Shown piece by piece: positions 9,942-18,499 of a stretch of DNA of 64,000 bases; within the stretch, counting starts at the first letter, position 1, and every line of letters starts with the position of its first letter. The DNA is taken from positions 1 to 64,000 of the IMG/VR virus record IMGVR_UViG_3300032579_000531; one strand, given 5' to 3'. The position numbers and the translations under genes were made by a program. The notes beneath the pieces are model-generated. The model did not search any database. It saw nothing but the letters and a program-made list of their open reading frames with translations, and was not told the DNA's origin. This stretch comes from a virus.

Positions 9942-10195
9942 ATAAGTTTAAGCCATACGAGTTCTCGTTCATCAACTTTGCCCCAACTAAGATCAGTGTG
10001 CGGACCTTTAACTAGGCAAACACCATTGGCATTTTCCATCCATACTCTAGTACTGTGCTTTACGGCTTCATCGTGCCAGACTGGATTGAACATACCAGTC
10101 TTACCTGGATGCACGTCAAACTGTGCCAAGTAACGGCAGGTAGTACGTCCAAACATTTTAACATCTTGTTTGAGTTCGTAATAGTAATTGATCAT
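9917..10195 (-). CDS. Hypothetical protein, divergent array member
   Basis: C-term VDERELVWLKL resembles family motif. Confidence 0.55.
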   Translation of the reverse strand: MINYYYELKQDVKMFGRTTCRYLAQFDVHPGKTGMFNPVWHDEAVKHSTRVWMENANGVCLVKGPHTDLSWGKVDERELVWLKLICKDIETL

Positions 10196-10196
10196 A

Positions 10197-10394
10197 TTAC
10201 CAATCTGTTTTTAAGCGGCGACTTTGCCCATGATTACAGTCAGCACAATACCGATGCTGGTATGCATATAAGTTACTGGCTTTCTTTTCAATCGCAGACC
10301 ATTTAAGCCAACGGTGTAAGCCAACACGACATTGCCAACGTTCTACAATAGGCTCTTGATCTTTTAATGTTCTAAATGTATTTTCTTTATTCAT
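10197..10394 (-). CDS. Small putative Zn-binding protein
   Basis: C-x4-H ... CxxC (WQCRVGLHRW..YCADC). Confidence 0.55.
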   Translation of the reverse strand: MNKENTFRTLKDQEPIVERWQCRVGLHRWLKWSAIEKKASNLYAYQHRYCADCNHGQSRRLKTDW

Positions 10395-10396
10395 TG

Positions 10397-10714
10397 TTAA
10401 AACCCATGCCCGTCAACATATCCAATCATTTGTTGGCTTCCATCTTCCCAACGCTCAACTCTCATTAGTATTAATTGTCCTGTACCGCCATATTTTAATT
10501 TTAACATAGCTTCTTGGTCATCGTCAATGGTATCTACAAAAACCTGCCCGGGACCGCTAAAGACCTGTATAGGACGACCTTCTTCAAATAAGTTTTGAAA
10601 CTCGTACTTAGTTTCAAGTGCATGACAGCACCCACGCAACCACTCAACGTCTGCTTCGTCAATATGATCTTTTTCAATGCGCCAACGCTTTAGAGTCATT
10701 TCCATCATAGCCAA
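10397..10714 (-). CDS. Small FxL[KR][WY]-family protein (divergent)
   Basis: VDTIDDDQEAMLKLKYG. Confidence 0.65.
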   Translation of the reverse strand: MAMMEMTLKRWRIEKDHIDEADVEWLRGCCHALETKYEFQNLFEEGRPIQVFSGPGQVFVDTIDDDQEAMLKLKYGGTGQLILMRVERWEDGSQQMIGYVDGHGF

Positions 10715-10896
10715 TATAATGCAAACAAGCTCGCATCCTCTTCTCGTTCAAACTGCATAAACTGTGTGCCAAAGGCAAATCGCTGATACCAACGATCAGG
10801 ATCCATTTCGCCGAACTGATCCCAACACCATTGGGCAATATCACGGTGCTTGTGATAATATTCAGTGCGATCTAATGTAAATTCAATCATAGCCAT
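10705..10896 (-). CDS. Small FxL[KR][WY]-family protein
   Basis: WCWDQFG; C-term MQFEREEDASLFALYWL. Confidence 0.75.
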   Translation of the reverse strand: MAMIEFTLDRTEYYHKHRDIAQWCWDQFGEMDPDRWYQRFAFGTQFMQFEREEDASLFALYWL

Positions 10897-11120
10897 TTTA
10901 ATCTAAACATTGTTTCTGCGGCATCGCTATAAAAGTCCAAGTGTATTTCACGTATTACATTATAGTAAATACCAAACTTGTCCTCTTTGTAGGTATGCTC
11001 TCTAGCAGTAAAGCCCAACTCACGCCGCATTTTATCTCTTAATAAGACCATGCTACGACCGTGTTCGGCTATAATACTGTCCTGTACAATCCGCCATTCT
11101 TGTAATGAAAGTATAATCAC
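10887..11120 (-). CDS. Small FxL[KR][WY]-family protein
   Basis: C-term LDFYSDAAETMFRLKWL. Confidence 0.75.
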   Translation of the reverse strand: MIILSLQEWRIVQDSIIAEHGRSMVLLRDKMRRELGFTAREHTYKEDKFGIYYNVIREIHLDFYSDAAETMFRLKWL

Positions 11121-11371
11121 GATTTAATACCCAAGTACTTTAAGTTATAGAATGTTAATGCCTCGCCTGTAAGGGGTGCGTAGATACGAATCTTAAATCC
11201 CCATGTAACAGGATCCGAATCGACGAAAAATACCAAATCGTCGCACTTTGATTTTAACCATTTGGCTTCTTCGCTCTGTTCCCATTGGTATATAGGTTCT
11301 GCTGCATACAGGTAAGGGTCTTCACAATCGCCCATTCTTATTTCTTTTACTAAGGTCCCCCTAGAGTCCAT
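11117..11371 (-). CDS. Small FxL[KR][WY]-family protein
   Basis: C-term LTGEALTFYNLKYL. Confidence 0.7.
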   Translation of the reverse strand: MDSRGTLVKEIRMGDCEDPYLYAAEPIYQWEQSEEAKWLKSKCDDLVFFVDSDPVTWGFKIRIYAPLTGEALTFYNLKYLGIKS

Positions 11372-11618
11372 TAATTAATCCCCCAACAAATTCTGCTGTA
11401 TATTCTTCCCGGTACCGACGATGGCCACCAGTCTTTAACTGAAACATAAGCGCATCATGTTCATCTGTGAATGTAAAGTCCATCCAATCGTGTGTGGGAT
11501 GAAAGGATACTCGATCTCCTGGTAATCCGTAAGTTTCTACAGTCCAAGCAAGTAGTTCATTCCATGCGTGTTTATGATTTGCTGGATCTGCCCAAGGTAC
11601 TCTAATCGTTACGCTCAT
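11361..11618 (-). CDS. Small FxL[KR][WY]-family protein
   Basis: WTVETYGLPG; FTFTDEHDALMFQLK. Confidence 0.75.
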   Translation of the reverse strand: MSVTIRVPWADPANHKHAWNELLAWTVETYGLPGDRVSFHPTHDWMDFTFTDEHDALMFQLKTGGHRRYREEYTAEFVGGLINGL

Positions 11619-11814
11619 TCTTTGCTTTCAACATGCGCCAAGCTCTTGGCTCTAAATGTTTGCACTCCCAAAATAACTTCTTCTTAACGCGACTATATCT
11701 AACGTAAACATGCCAGCGATCTAAACTCAATACAAATCCTACACTACGATCACCTGGGCGCCAAATGCTCAGTCCAGGTTTAACAGGAGCACCTTCGTCT
11801 CTCCACTGTATCAT
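11602..11814 (-). CDS. Hypothetical protein
   Basis: Overlapping ORF in array. Confidence 0.5.
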   Translation of the reverse strand: MIQWRDEGAPVKPGLSIWRPGDRSVGFVLSLDRWHVYVRYSRVKKKLFWECKHLEPRAWRMLKAKNERND

Positions 11815-12068
11815 GAGAATTTTAATAATGCTGTTGTGTACATTTGCTCTGCATCCTTACGATTGCTGTACTTCCAATGTGATCCCCAACGACCACCTTT
11901 GTTGCGTAAGGGATCAAAGAAATTACGAATTTCGTGTTCAACTTCGTGTTCCAGTGTCCACGCCTCGCAACGAACTTCATACCACTTCTTATCTTTTTTC
12001 TTGCATTGTACAAGGGCAAAGCATCCAACTTGGCTTAGTGTTTTATTCTGATTACTCAATTGGCCCAC
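11811..12068 (-). CDS. Small FxL[KR][WY]-family protein (divergent)
   Basis: WKYSNRKDAEQMYTTALLKFS. Confidence 0.65.
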   Translation of the reverse strand: MGQLSNQNKTLSQVGCFALVQCKKKDKKWYEVRCEAWTLEHEVEHEIRNFFDPLRNKGGRWGSHWKYSNRKDAEQMYTTALLKFS

Positions 12069-12256
12069 CTTAATCTAAATAAGGTTTCACTTTCTGCGTC
12101 GGGTAAATAGAACCTCCAGTGATAACTGGGAAAGTCGGTCATGAAGTTCCATTTATCCGATTCAAAATGTTGTCCACACCATCGTATAATTCGCTCGATC
12201 TGTGTTGGGGTTAGTTTAGTTGTATTAAGTACTACGCAATTTGATTTAGGGTCCAT
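12056..12256 (-). CDS. Small FxL[KR][WY]-family protein, first gene of array
   Basis: WCGQHF; C-term FYLPDAESETLFRLRWAN. Confidence 0.75.
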   Translation of the reverse strand: MDPKSNCVVLNTTKLTPTQIERIIRWCGQHFESDKWNFMTDFPSYHWRFYLPDAESETLFRLRWAN

Positions 12257-12261
12257 ATACT

Positions 12262-12290
12262 ATTATAACATATTGGCAATTAATTGTCAG
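12262..12290 (-). promoter_or_regulatory. sigma70-type promoter heading the mini-gene array, probably leaderless
   Basis: CTGACA-N17-TATAAT, then 5 nt to ATG at 12256. Confidence 0.6.
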
Positions 12291-12655
12291 GATTTTTTAA
12301 GTACTTCCCACATGGCTTTTTGATCCAACAGTTTCCGTTCAAGTTCTCGGTAACGGTCAGCACAAGCCCTAAGCTCTTCGAATTCTTTTTCAAGCACGGG
12401 ATTTGGTTGTAGCACGGCCAAGCGTTCTGTGATGGTTTTCAAGGTCTCTCGGAGACTCCACCCGTCAAGTTTGATATCCTTATCGGTTATTTCGATTTTG
12501 GATGCACTTGGTGCCCACGAGGCTGTTGTGGCTGTGGTATAGGAGAGTCCAGCAGACGGGATAGCTGTACCAATGGTTATATTACCATAGGAATGTCCAG
12601 CAAGTCCTGCCCCAGTTACTGGAATTGTTGTTGAATACGTTGGTTGTTTGGCCAT
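12287..12655 (-). CDS. Hypothetical phage protein
   Basis: Low-complexity N-term plus coiled-coil C-term (ERLAVLQPNP..FEELR). Confidence 0.65.
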   Translation of the reverse strand: MAKQPTYSTTIPVTGAGLAGHSYGNITIGTAIPSAGLSYTTATTASWAPSASKIEITDKDIKLDGWSLRETLKTITERLAVLQPNPVLEKEFEELRACADRYRELERKLLDQKAMWEVLKKS

Positions 12656-12689
12656 AAAAATCCTTATACGGTTAAGTATAAGGATTTTT
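12656..12689. terminator. Intrinsic terminator-like hairpin
   Basis: aaaaatccttatac..gtataaggattttt inverted repeat. Confidence 0.6.
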
Positions 12690-12711
12690 ACTTAATAAGT
12701 CAAATGAATAT

Positions 12712-13056
12712 TTAAACGTCTGTTAGTACTGTATGATCTGCTGGACGAGTTAGACTTGGATCGTTTGCATATTGAGCCGCAAATGATCTCCATTCTGTGT
12801 CGTCTTCGATTACGCCGTTAAACACATAAGTAACACCTTCTTTAACTTCACCTTCTGCAGGTGTAATTGGTGTCATTACTACTGTGCCTGCTGTTTTTGC
12901 CGCTTCAAAAATTGCTGCTTGACGAGCAGCAGACGCTTGGAATTTAACAAAATCATCTGCTGATAATGTATCTTTAGCCCAGATGTCTAAAGATACCAAT
13001 GTTGTTACTCCATCAACTACTTTGGTAGCTGTGTAAAAATTTCCTGTTGTTGCCAT
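12712..13056 (-). CDS. Hypothetical late protein
   Basis: SD AGGAG; GATAAATA upstream. Confidence 0.65.
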   Translation of the reverse strand: MATTGNFYTATKVVDGVTTLVSLDIWAKDTLSADDFVKFQASAARQAAIFEAAKTAGTVVMTPITPAEGEVKEGVTYVFNGVIEDDTEWRSFAAQYANDPSLTRPADHTVLTDV

Positions 13057-13092
13057 GGTTACTCTCCTAAGTATAATACTTTATAATATTTA

Positions 13093-13923
13093 TCAAATTT
13101 CAAAACTAAATCCAGGGTCAAACTGCTCTGCACGGTCTTCGTAGCCCTTATATCCACGTGGATTACAAATAATACGAGTAGACCCGATCATATAATCAAA
13201 TACATCGTGGGTATGCCCGTGGGTCCACACTTTAATCTGTGGATTTTCTAAGATAAACTCACTGAGATCACTTGAATAAGCACCATTCATTAAATGGTCC
13301 CCGGCATACTGTGGCTTGATACTGGCCTTACTAGGTGAATGATGGGTTACTACCACAAACTTTTGATCAAACTTATCTTTAACTGTTTCTGCAATAAACT
13401 GCTTGCTTGCAAAGTGATCACTAACAGTACGCTCGGGATCTAAACGATGGTAAACATTCTTGGCTTCGTTAAATTGTGTAATCTGCTTGTAATCATTCAT
13501 TTGTTGTTTCATATGGAACATGGTCAAGGGATCTGCCTTGTTCATATCAGTCCACAGGGTAGCACCAACAAAAACAACATCATCAATGGTATGTGTTTGG
13601 TTTTCAAGCAGGGTTACATTATCGGGCAAATTGGATGCAATGTGAGCATAGGTCTTTTGATACTGAAAACCATAGTGTTCGTGGTTACCCATGACCATAA
13701 CAACCTCGCGATACTTGCTACACTCTTCTTCAAAGAATCTGTAGTACCTGTCAGGTCTTTGGTCTTTGCGTTCGTGCTCAAATAAGATCATGTCCCGGTT
13801 GTACATGTCTTTCTTTAGGCGTCGTGCTTCACAGATATCACCACTGAGGATTAATACATCGCCACCGGGCAAGGTAAGATCTGCAAAGTCCAAGTGTAGG
13901 TCACTAATTACTGCTACTTTCAT
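13093..13923 (-). CDS. Calcineurin-like metallophosphoesterase
   Basis: SDLH, SGDI, GNHE, THH, HGHTH motifs. Confidence 0.93.
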   Translation of the reverse strand: MKVAVISDLHLDFADLTLPGGDVLILSGDICEARRLKKDMYNRDMILFEHERKDQRPDRYYRFFEEECSKYREVVMVMGNHEHYGFQYQKTYAHIASNLPDNVTLLENQTHTIDDVVFVGATLWTDMNKADPLTMFHMKQQMNDYKQITQFNEAKNVYHRLDPERTVSDHFASKQFIAETVKDKFDQKFVVVTHHSPSKASIKPQYAGDHLMNGAYSSDLSEFILENPQIKVWTHGHTHDVFDYMIGSTRIICNPRGYKGYEDRAEQFDPGFSFEI

Positions 13924-13924
13924 A

Positions 13925-14581
13925 TCAATCCCAAAGTGTTCTAAAATATTTTCCGAATAAACGAAGTCCGTTTTCAATGCGTTTGTTATGAGCTTCTAAT
14001 CCTGCACGGTCTACTTTTAACTTTGTCATACTTTTCATAAAGTCTTTTTCTTTACTACTTTCCGTATGATCATAAAACTCACTTTCACCAGTCTCGTCAT
14101 CTGCTAACTGTGCAAAGGTCCAAATAAGTTCATCTAGCATCCAGCTATAGCGAGCTTCGGCATAGTTGTCCCAATCGTACGAGTTTTTAATACCTTTACG
14201 AGCACCGGGGGCGGTACTGCGTAATTCTTTTGGCACGTCTTTGTTGTCAATCCAGCCGTAACCGTGCTTCTGCGTTTTAAGTTTTTGTAACATGGGATGA
14301 ATAACAAGTGCTAAGGTATGGTCCATGCCCCAAACATCATAGTTGTCGATTTTAACATACATACGACGCTTTTTATGTTCTTGTATCCAGTTACAAAATT
14401 TGCATAGCCAACTATCATTGCCATCTCGGTCGTTGGCCAACCAAGTTCCAAAGTCATGAACCCAGACTGGTTTGTCCATATGACCATTTTCATCGGGCAC
14501 TTTTTTAACCCAAAAGCATAGTAAGTCTGCTATTTGATAGGGACCTATCCAAGAGGTATACGGACCAAGATATACTTTCAT
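13925..14581 (-). CDS. Conserved hypothetical phage protein
   Basis: IDNYDVWGMDHTLA..GLRLFGKYFRTLWD. Confidence 0.75.
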   Translation of the reverse strand: MKVYLGPYTSWIGPYQIADLLCFWVKKVPDENGHMDKPVWVHDFGTWLANDRDGNDSWLCKFCNWIQEHKKRRMYVKIDNYDVWGMDHTLALVIHPMLQKLKTQKHGYGWIDNKDVPKELRSTAPGARKGIKNSYDWDNYAEARYSWMLDELIWTFAQLADDETGESEFYDHTESSKEKDFMKSMTKLKVDRAGLEAHNKRIENGLRLFGKYFRTLWD

Positions 14582-14623
14582 TTGTGATTCCTTAGTTGAG
14601 CTACAATTATACTGTTATTTGAA

Positions 14624-14992
14624 TTAAAGGTCAATAAATCTTTTTTGGGAAACTAGCCAGCCGATGCTATTTATGTCCGATTCAATTTCTTCAGTAACAT
14701 AGCTTTCTTCTACGAAGCCAGTGAAATCGGTACCGGAGAATCCAGTACCAGAACAATACCAATCTATGTAACTTTCATCTTCGCGGATATCAGATATCAG
14801 TCTGGCCGCATAACTCCACGAACAATCCCAGTTGATATTTGACAATATTCCCCAGACATCTTTTGGTTGATATTGATTGTTACATAATGCGGCATATAAA
14901 TTTTGAGCGTAGATTTCTTCATGACGAACTTTATCAATGATCCGGTTCGTACCACGTAAATCGCGTTCTAAATTAAACACTTTTCTTGGCAT
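14624..14992 (-). CDS. Hypothetical protein, paralogue of 17364-17774
   Basis: YAQNLYAALCN..WDCSW..YIDWYCSG. Confidence 0.75.
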   Translation of the reverse strand: MPRKVFNLERDLRGTNRIIDKVRHEEIYAQNLYAALCNNQYQPKDVWGILSNINWDCSWSYAARLISDIREDESYIDWYCSGTGFSGTDFTGFVEESYVTEEIESDINSIGWLVSQKRFIDL

Positions 14993-15015
14993 ATAAAGTA
15001 TTTAACTTGGCCAAG

Positions 15016-15043
15016 AAAAAAGCCCGCCTAAGCGAGCTTTTTT
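15016..15043. terminator. Intrinsic terminator
   Basis: aaaaaagcccgc-ctaa-gcgagctttttt. Confidence 0.7.
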
Positions 15044-15060
15044 GTGCTACTTAAACTTAA

Positions 15061-15354
15061 TTAAGCAACTAAGCCCATTGAGATAGCTTTGTATGCAACA
15101 GCAACCATCTTACGACTTGCTTCACCATGACGGTATTCAGTAACTTTAACGCCGTTACCTGCAACACGTTGGTTACCGTAAATAGCGTAGCCACGAGCGC
15201 GGATATCACTAATTGTTGCGGTAGGGTTCTTGATACCAAAACGATGTGTAATTTGAGCTGGGCTCAAGGTTTCACGGTTTAATACCAATGCTTCAAACAA
15301 ACGACCTTGTTTGGTCTTCAAATCAAATTTCTTTAGTTTTACAGTAATAGACAT
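15061..15354 (-). CDS. Helix-turn-helix DNA-binding protein
   Basis: LSPAQITHRFGIKNPTATISDIRARG winged-HTH pattern. Confidence 0.65.
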   Translation of the reverse strand: MSITVKLKKFDLKTKQGRLFEALVLNRETLSPAQITHRFGIKNPTATISDIRARGYAIYGNQRVAGNGVKVTEYRHGEASRKMVAVAYKAISMGLVA

Positions 15355-15487
15355 GATGTCTCCTTTAAATTTAAAAGCTGTTTAGTAACAGCATGATGCT
15401 AGTATAGCAAACTTGTTGAGTTAAATGCAACTACTAATTTAACCAAAACCAGATAAATAATAGTATTAAACCATAAAGGAAATCAAA

Positions 15488-15703
15488 ATGGCATACGCAA
15501 TTTATAAAGCTGGTGTTCCAGCAGTAGTAGGTACAAAAACTTTCGTAACAGGACAAGTTGCTAGTCCGGTTACAGCCACTTCTGTGACTACAGGTGTAGG
15601 TACAGTATCACCAGTAACAGGTACAGCAGTTAAACGTGGTCAAAATAGTGACAACGGTACAATCGTTTCTGTTGCAAAAGCTAAAAATACACCACAGAGT
15701 TAA
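15488..15703 (+). CDS. Small T/V/A-rich late protein
   Basis: GATAAATA late promoter and SD AAGGA upstream. Confidence 0.65.
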   Translation: MAYAIYKAGVPAVVGTKTFVTGQVASPVTATSVTTGVGTVSPVTGTAVKRGQNSDNGTIVSVAKAKNTPQS

Positions 15704-15705
15704 TT

Positions 15706-16017
15706 ATGACTACTACAGTTAAAGTAACTACAGTTCCAGTTCCAGTAGCATCGGTTGCAAAGGTCAAGGTTGCAAGCCCTGTAGTTACAACTACAGCTGC
15801 CGCCATGACCAAGGTAGCTAATCCTGTTGTAGCTAAGGTAGTTGGCGTAGCAGTTGTAGCGCCTATTACTCCTGCAGCACCTGCGGCAGTTAAAAATACT
15901 GCATCAGTAGCAGGTAGTGATACCGCACAACCTGCGGCTATCGGTAAAAAAGCAAAAACAACAACTACATCGCCTGTTGTAGGCAGTCAAACAAACGGTC
16001 ACGCTAGTTATCTATGA
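15706..16017 (+). CDS. A/V/T/K-rich low-complexity protein
   Basis: Co-directional; codon usage matches structural genes. Confidence 0.55.
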   Translation: MTTTVKVTTVPVPVASVAKVKVASPVVTTTAAAMTKVANPVVAKVVGVAVVAPITPAAPAAVKNTASVAGSDTAQPAAIGKKAKTTTTSPVVGSQTNGHASYL

Positions 16018-16352
16018 CATACCCTGGACAAGGAACACCTAGCCCCGTTATTGGCCAAGCTAACCATGTTCCTAGTCCTGTAGCACCTGTGGTAGCTCCA
16101 TCGAATCATCAACCTCAATATACACCGCCGCCTGTAGTAATTACTGCGGTATATACAGCGCCGGCACCAACTAGACAAGAAGTTGGTCAACGAGTTAAAA
16201 ACCCCAATCCTTATAACAATCAAGTGCCTATTGTTGCACAAGGTATACACACGCCACTGAATACTCCGTTAGGAGTTTATCCTGCAAAAGAAACTTCTAC
16301 ACAAGAATGGACTTGGGATTATGGCAACGGTGGCGGCCAGGGCAACTACTAG
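16014..16352 (+). CDS. Pro/Gln-rich low-complexity protein
   Basis: ATGA-coupled to previous ORF. Confidence 0.55.
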   Translation: MTYPGQGTPSPVIGQANHVPSPVAPVVAPSNHQPQYTPPPVVITAVYTAPAPTRQEVGQRVKNPNPYNNQVPIVAQGIHTPLNTPLGVYPAKETSTQEWTWDYGNGGGQGNY

Positions 16353-16960
16353 GTAGATTTAATACCACGTCCTAAGATAGTGCCATATACAGGTTGTTCT
16401 TCTGTATACAATACTTCAAACCCATTTGCTAATAAAAATGGAATTACACTTCCCGATTTACCTGAGTAATGTCCCCACCATTTGTTAAACCAAGTATCAT
16501 CGCATACTACTAAACAATGTTCGGCCATGTGCGGCAATGCCAAGATCATCTGCGATAAGTGGGCGCTTTGGCTGTTTACGTTATTCATTTCCAGGCCCAG
16601 TGTTTGATACCGAGCTTGTTGTTCTAGAATAAAGTCGGGAGTCTTATCCGGATGCCAATCCCAATCAAAATTATCTAAATAAAGAAAATTAATTGGGCGC
16701 ATCGAATAAATTCTATGATAAAGATAATCTTCACCACTTTGATTTAATATAGTACAGTTTGGAATGTGCAAATTTTGCACAAACTCACAATTGGCTGGAT
16801 CCATGTCAATGGTAATCAATTTAGTACCTAACTGACTGGCCCATTCGGCTAAAGTTTTAGTACTACCATCATCGCCATTACGGCTAGTACCTATCTCAAC
16901 AAATTCTCCCAAACTTAATTGATCTAGGTACTGTTCTGCTGTCCTAAAGACTTGACCCAT
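16349..16960 (-). CDS. Class I SAM-dependent methyltransferase-like protein
   Basis: FVEIGTSR, ITIDMD, FLYLDN, VVCDDT. Confidence 0.75.
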   Translation of the reverse strand: MGQVFRTAEQYLDQLSLGEFVEIGTSRNGDDGSTKTLAEWASQLGTKLITIDMDPANCEFVQNLHIPNCTILNQSGEDYLYHRIYSMRPINFLYLDNFDWDWHPDKTPDFILEQQARYQTLGLEMNNVNSQSAHLSQMILALPHMAEHCLVVCDDTWFNKWWGHYSGKSGSVIPFLLANGFEVLYTEEQPVYGTILGRGIKST

Positions 16961-17121
16961 TACTCTTTATCGCGTTTACGATTCAGACTTTGACGAGCAT
17001 TAGCGGCTTCTGCTTCGGCATAGCCTTTGATAAAGCTACGACGTTGTGCTTTATCTGTCATTGTTGCGGCTACTCGTTTTACTGATTTGCTTACTTTTAC
17101 TGCACGTGGATCGTATGACAT
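16960..17121 (-). CDS. Small basic hypothetical protein (53 aa, not in ORF track)
   Basis: MSYDPRAVKVSKSVKRVAA..RKRDKE; SD AAGGA; TAATG overlap with next gene. Confidence 0.6.
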   Translation of the reverse strand: MSYDPRAVKVSKSVKRVAATMTDKAQRRSFIKGYAEAEAANARQSLNRKRDKE

Positions 17122-17122
17122 T

Positions 17123-17359
17123 TCATTTTCCTTTAAGTTCGTTTAATACAAGTTCTTTACTGCGCTGAATATCTTCTTGTTCTAATGCCAGGGCCATTCT
17201 TGAGCCTAGCACATTAATAATATCAAGTATAGCACGTTCGCCGGATTCAGTCAAATGGCAGTAGTCCGCCCCAATACTTGAGTGATAGTAGTAATTACGA
17301 TCTCGTAGGATTTCTTTAATACTACCAACTATCATTTTTTCAACATCTTTAGTTTTCAT
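17123..17359 (-). CDS. Hypothetical protein
   Basis: ORF from MKTKDVEK. Confidence 0.6.
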   Translation of the reverse strand: MKTKDVEKMIVGSIKEILRDRNYYYHSSIGADYCHLTESGERAILDIINVLGSRMALALEQEDIQRSKELVLNELKGK

Positions 17360-17363
17360 TCGA

Positions 17364-17774
17364 TCAATCCTTGTCTTTAGGCCACTCACTCGGAGTCCAA
17401 CCCAGAGTCGCAAAATCTTCACGTATTTCATCTGTTACTGTTCCTTCCGGTACGTGTTTTTTTTCATTGAACTTTGATTCGGCTACTGCGGGATCTTCTG
17501 TAAAGTCGAAGCCACCACCAATGCCACTACAGTACCAATCCATATAATCTTCATTAACATCTTCGAATCCATTGCGGAAGTCCGCTACTATTCCGCCCGC
17601 GGCACGCCAGCTACACGACCAATATTCGTCTTTAAGTACAGGCCAGATGTCAGCAGGTTGCCAACGCATATTACACAGGGCGGCATATACATTTTGGGCA
17701 TAGTCCTTGCGGGTCCTTATTTTTTCTAAGAACCACGCACATTGCTCAAGATCGGTTACTAAATCTCTATCCAA
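17364..17774 (-). CDS. Hypothetical protein, paralogue of 14624-14992
   Basis: YAQNVYAALCN..WSCSWR..YMDWYCSG. Confidence 0.75.
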   Translation of the reverse strand: MDRDLVTDLEQCAWFLEKIRTRKDYAQNVYAALCNMRWQPADIWPVLKDEYWSCSWRAAGGIVADFRNGFEDVNEDYMDWYCSGIGGGFDFTEDPAVAESKFNEKKHVPEGTVTDEIREDFATLGWTPSEWPKDKD

Positions 17775-18069
17775 GAACGCGAATCTCTCTTACATTAGCT
17801 ACCTTAAAGGCACGCCATTGAGAACGGTCCAAACACCACACACTCAGAGTTTCTGGCTTGTATAGTCGTGTAGTTTGAAATTCTTCTGTAACTACACGTT
17901 GTGGCATTGCTTCAGTACGCAAGGTACAAGGCATTGTGCGTAAGGTACCATCTACTTTAGTGAATGTAACTTCACAATCGTGTTCGTTGAGTAGATGCCT
18001 AAGTTCGCGGTTGCGAGCATCCAAGTCTAGGCCTTCTACAGTCTCGGTATATCTAATTCCAAATGTCAT
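17767..18069 (-). CDS. SH3/Sm-like (WYL_2/DUF2693-type) phage protein
   Basis: VTFTKVDGTLRTMPCTL..VWCLDRSQWRAFK. Confidence 0.7.
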   Translation of the reverse strand: MTFGIRYTETVEGLDLDARNRELRHLLNEHDCEVTFTKVDGTLRTMPCTLRTEAMPQRVVTEEFQTTRLYKPETLSVWCLDRSQWRAFKVANVREIRVLG

Positions 18070-18239
18070 TTTGTTTCCTTGCGTTTTAATGTCCACGTAC
18101 CATCTTTGTTATCAATCCACTCAATGATAGCACCTTCTTCCCAGCCCAGCTCTTTACAGGCCTCTCCGATGTCAAGAAGCATTTCTCCTGGATGGTCTGG
18201 ATCTTCTACTATAGTAGTAATCCAACTATATCTTGTCAT
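18066..18239 (-). CDS. AbrB/MazE-like DNA-binding protein (57 aa, not in ORF track)
   Basis: MTRYSW..EDPDHPGEMLLDIGEACKELGWEEGAIIEWIDNKDGTWTLKRK. Confidence 0.65.
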   Translation of the reverse strand: MTRYSWITTIVEDPDHPGEMLLDIGEACKELGWEEGAIIEWIDNKDGTWTLKRKETK

Positions 18240-18499
18240 TCTTCAACTCCAAAATGTTCTTCAAACTGTCTCACAACATCTGGTGCCACAGCGTCAGCAA
18301 CCCAGTTATTAGATACAATTCTTGATGGATGTTCCTTACAAATGGTCATACATTCTCTCACAATCAACTCGGCGAACTTGGCTAAGTTTCCATCATATGT
18401 CATATTTTCAATATACAATCTAGGACTATCATCCCAATGTACTAATTGAATGCCTGCATCTTTAACAAGTTTTTTAAACAATTCACTATCTGGATTCAT
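18236..18499 (-). CDS. MNERIK/FAELIV/FGVEE family mini-protein
   Basis: KFAELIVRECM..EEHFGVEE. Confidence 0.75.
   Translation of the reverse strand: MNPDSELFKKLVKDAGIQLVHWDDSPRLYIENMTYDGNLAKFAELIVRECMTICKEHPSRIVSNNWVADAVAPDVVRQFEEHFGVEE

Noticed and set aside
6674-12256. Diversity-generating retroelement as source of array variation
   Set aside because: No reverse transcriptase or TR/VR pair with adenine-specific differences in the window; members are diverged throughout.
6432-12256. Alternative genetic code fragmenting a long gene
   Set aside because: ORFs switch frame with start/stop overlaps and end in a shared motif; long conserved genes are intact under code 11.
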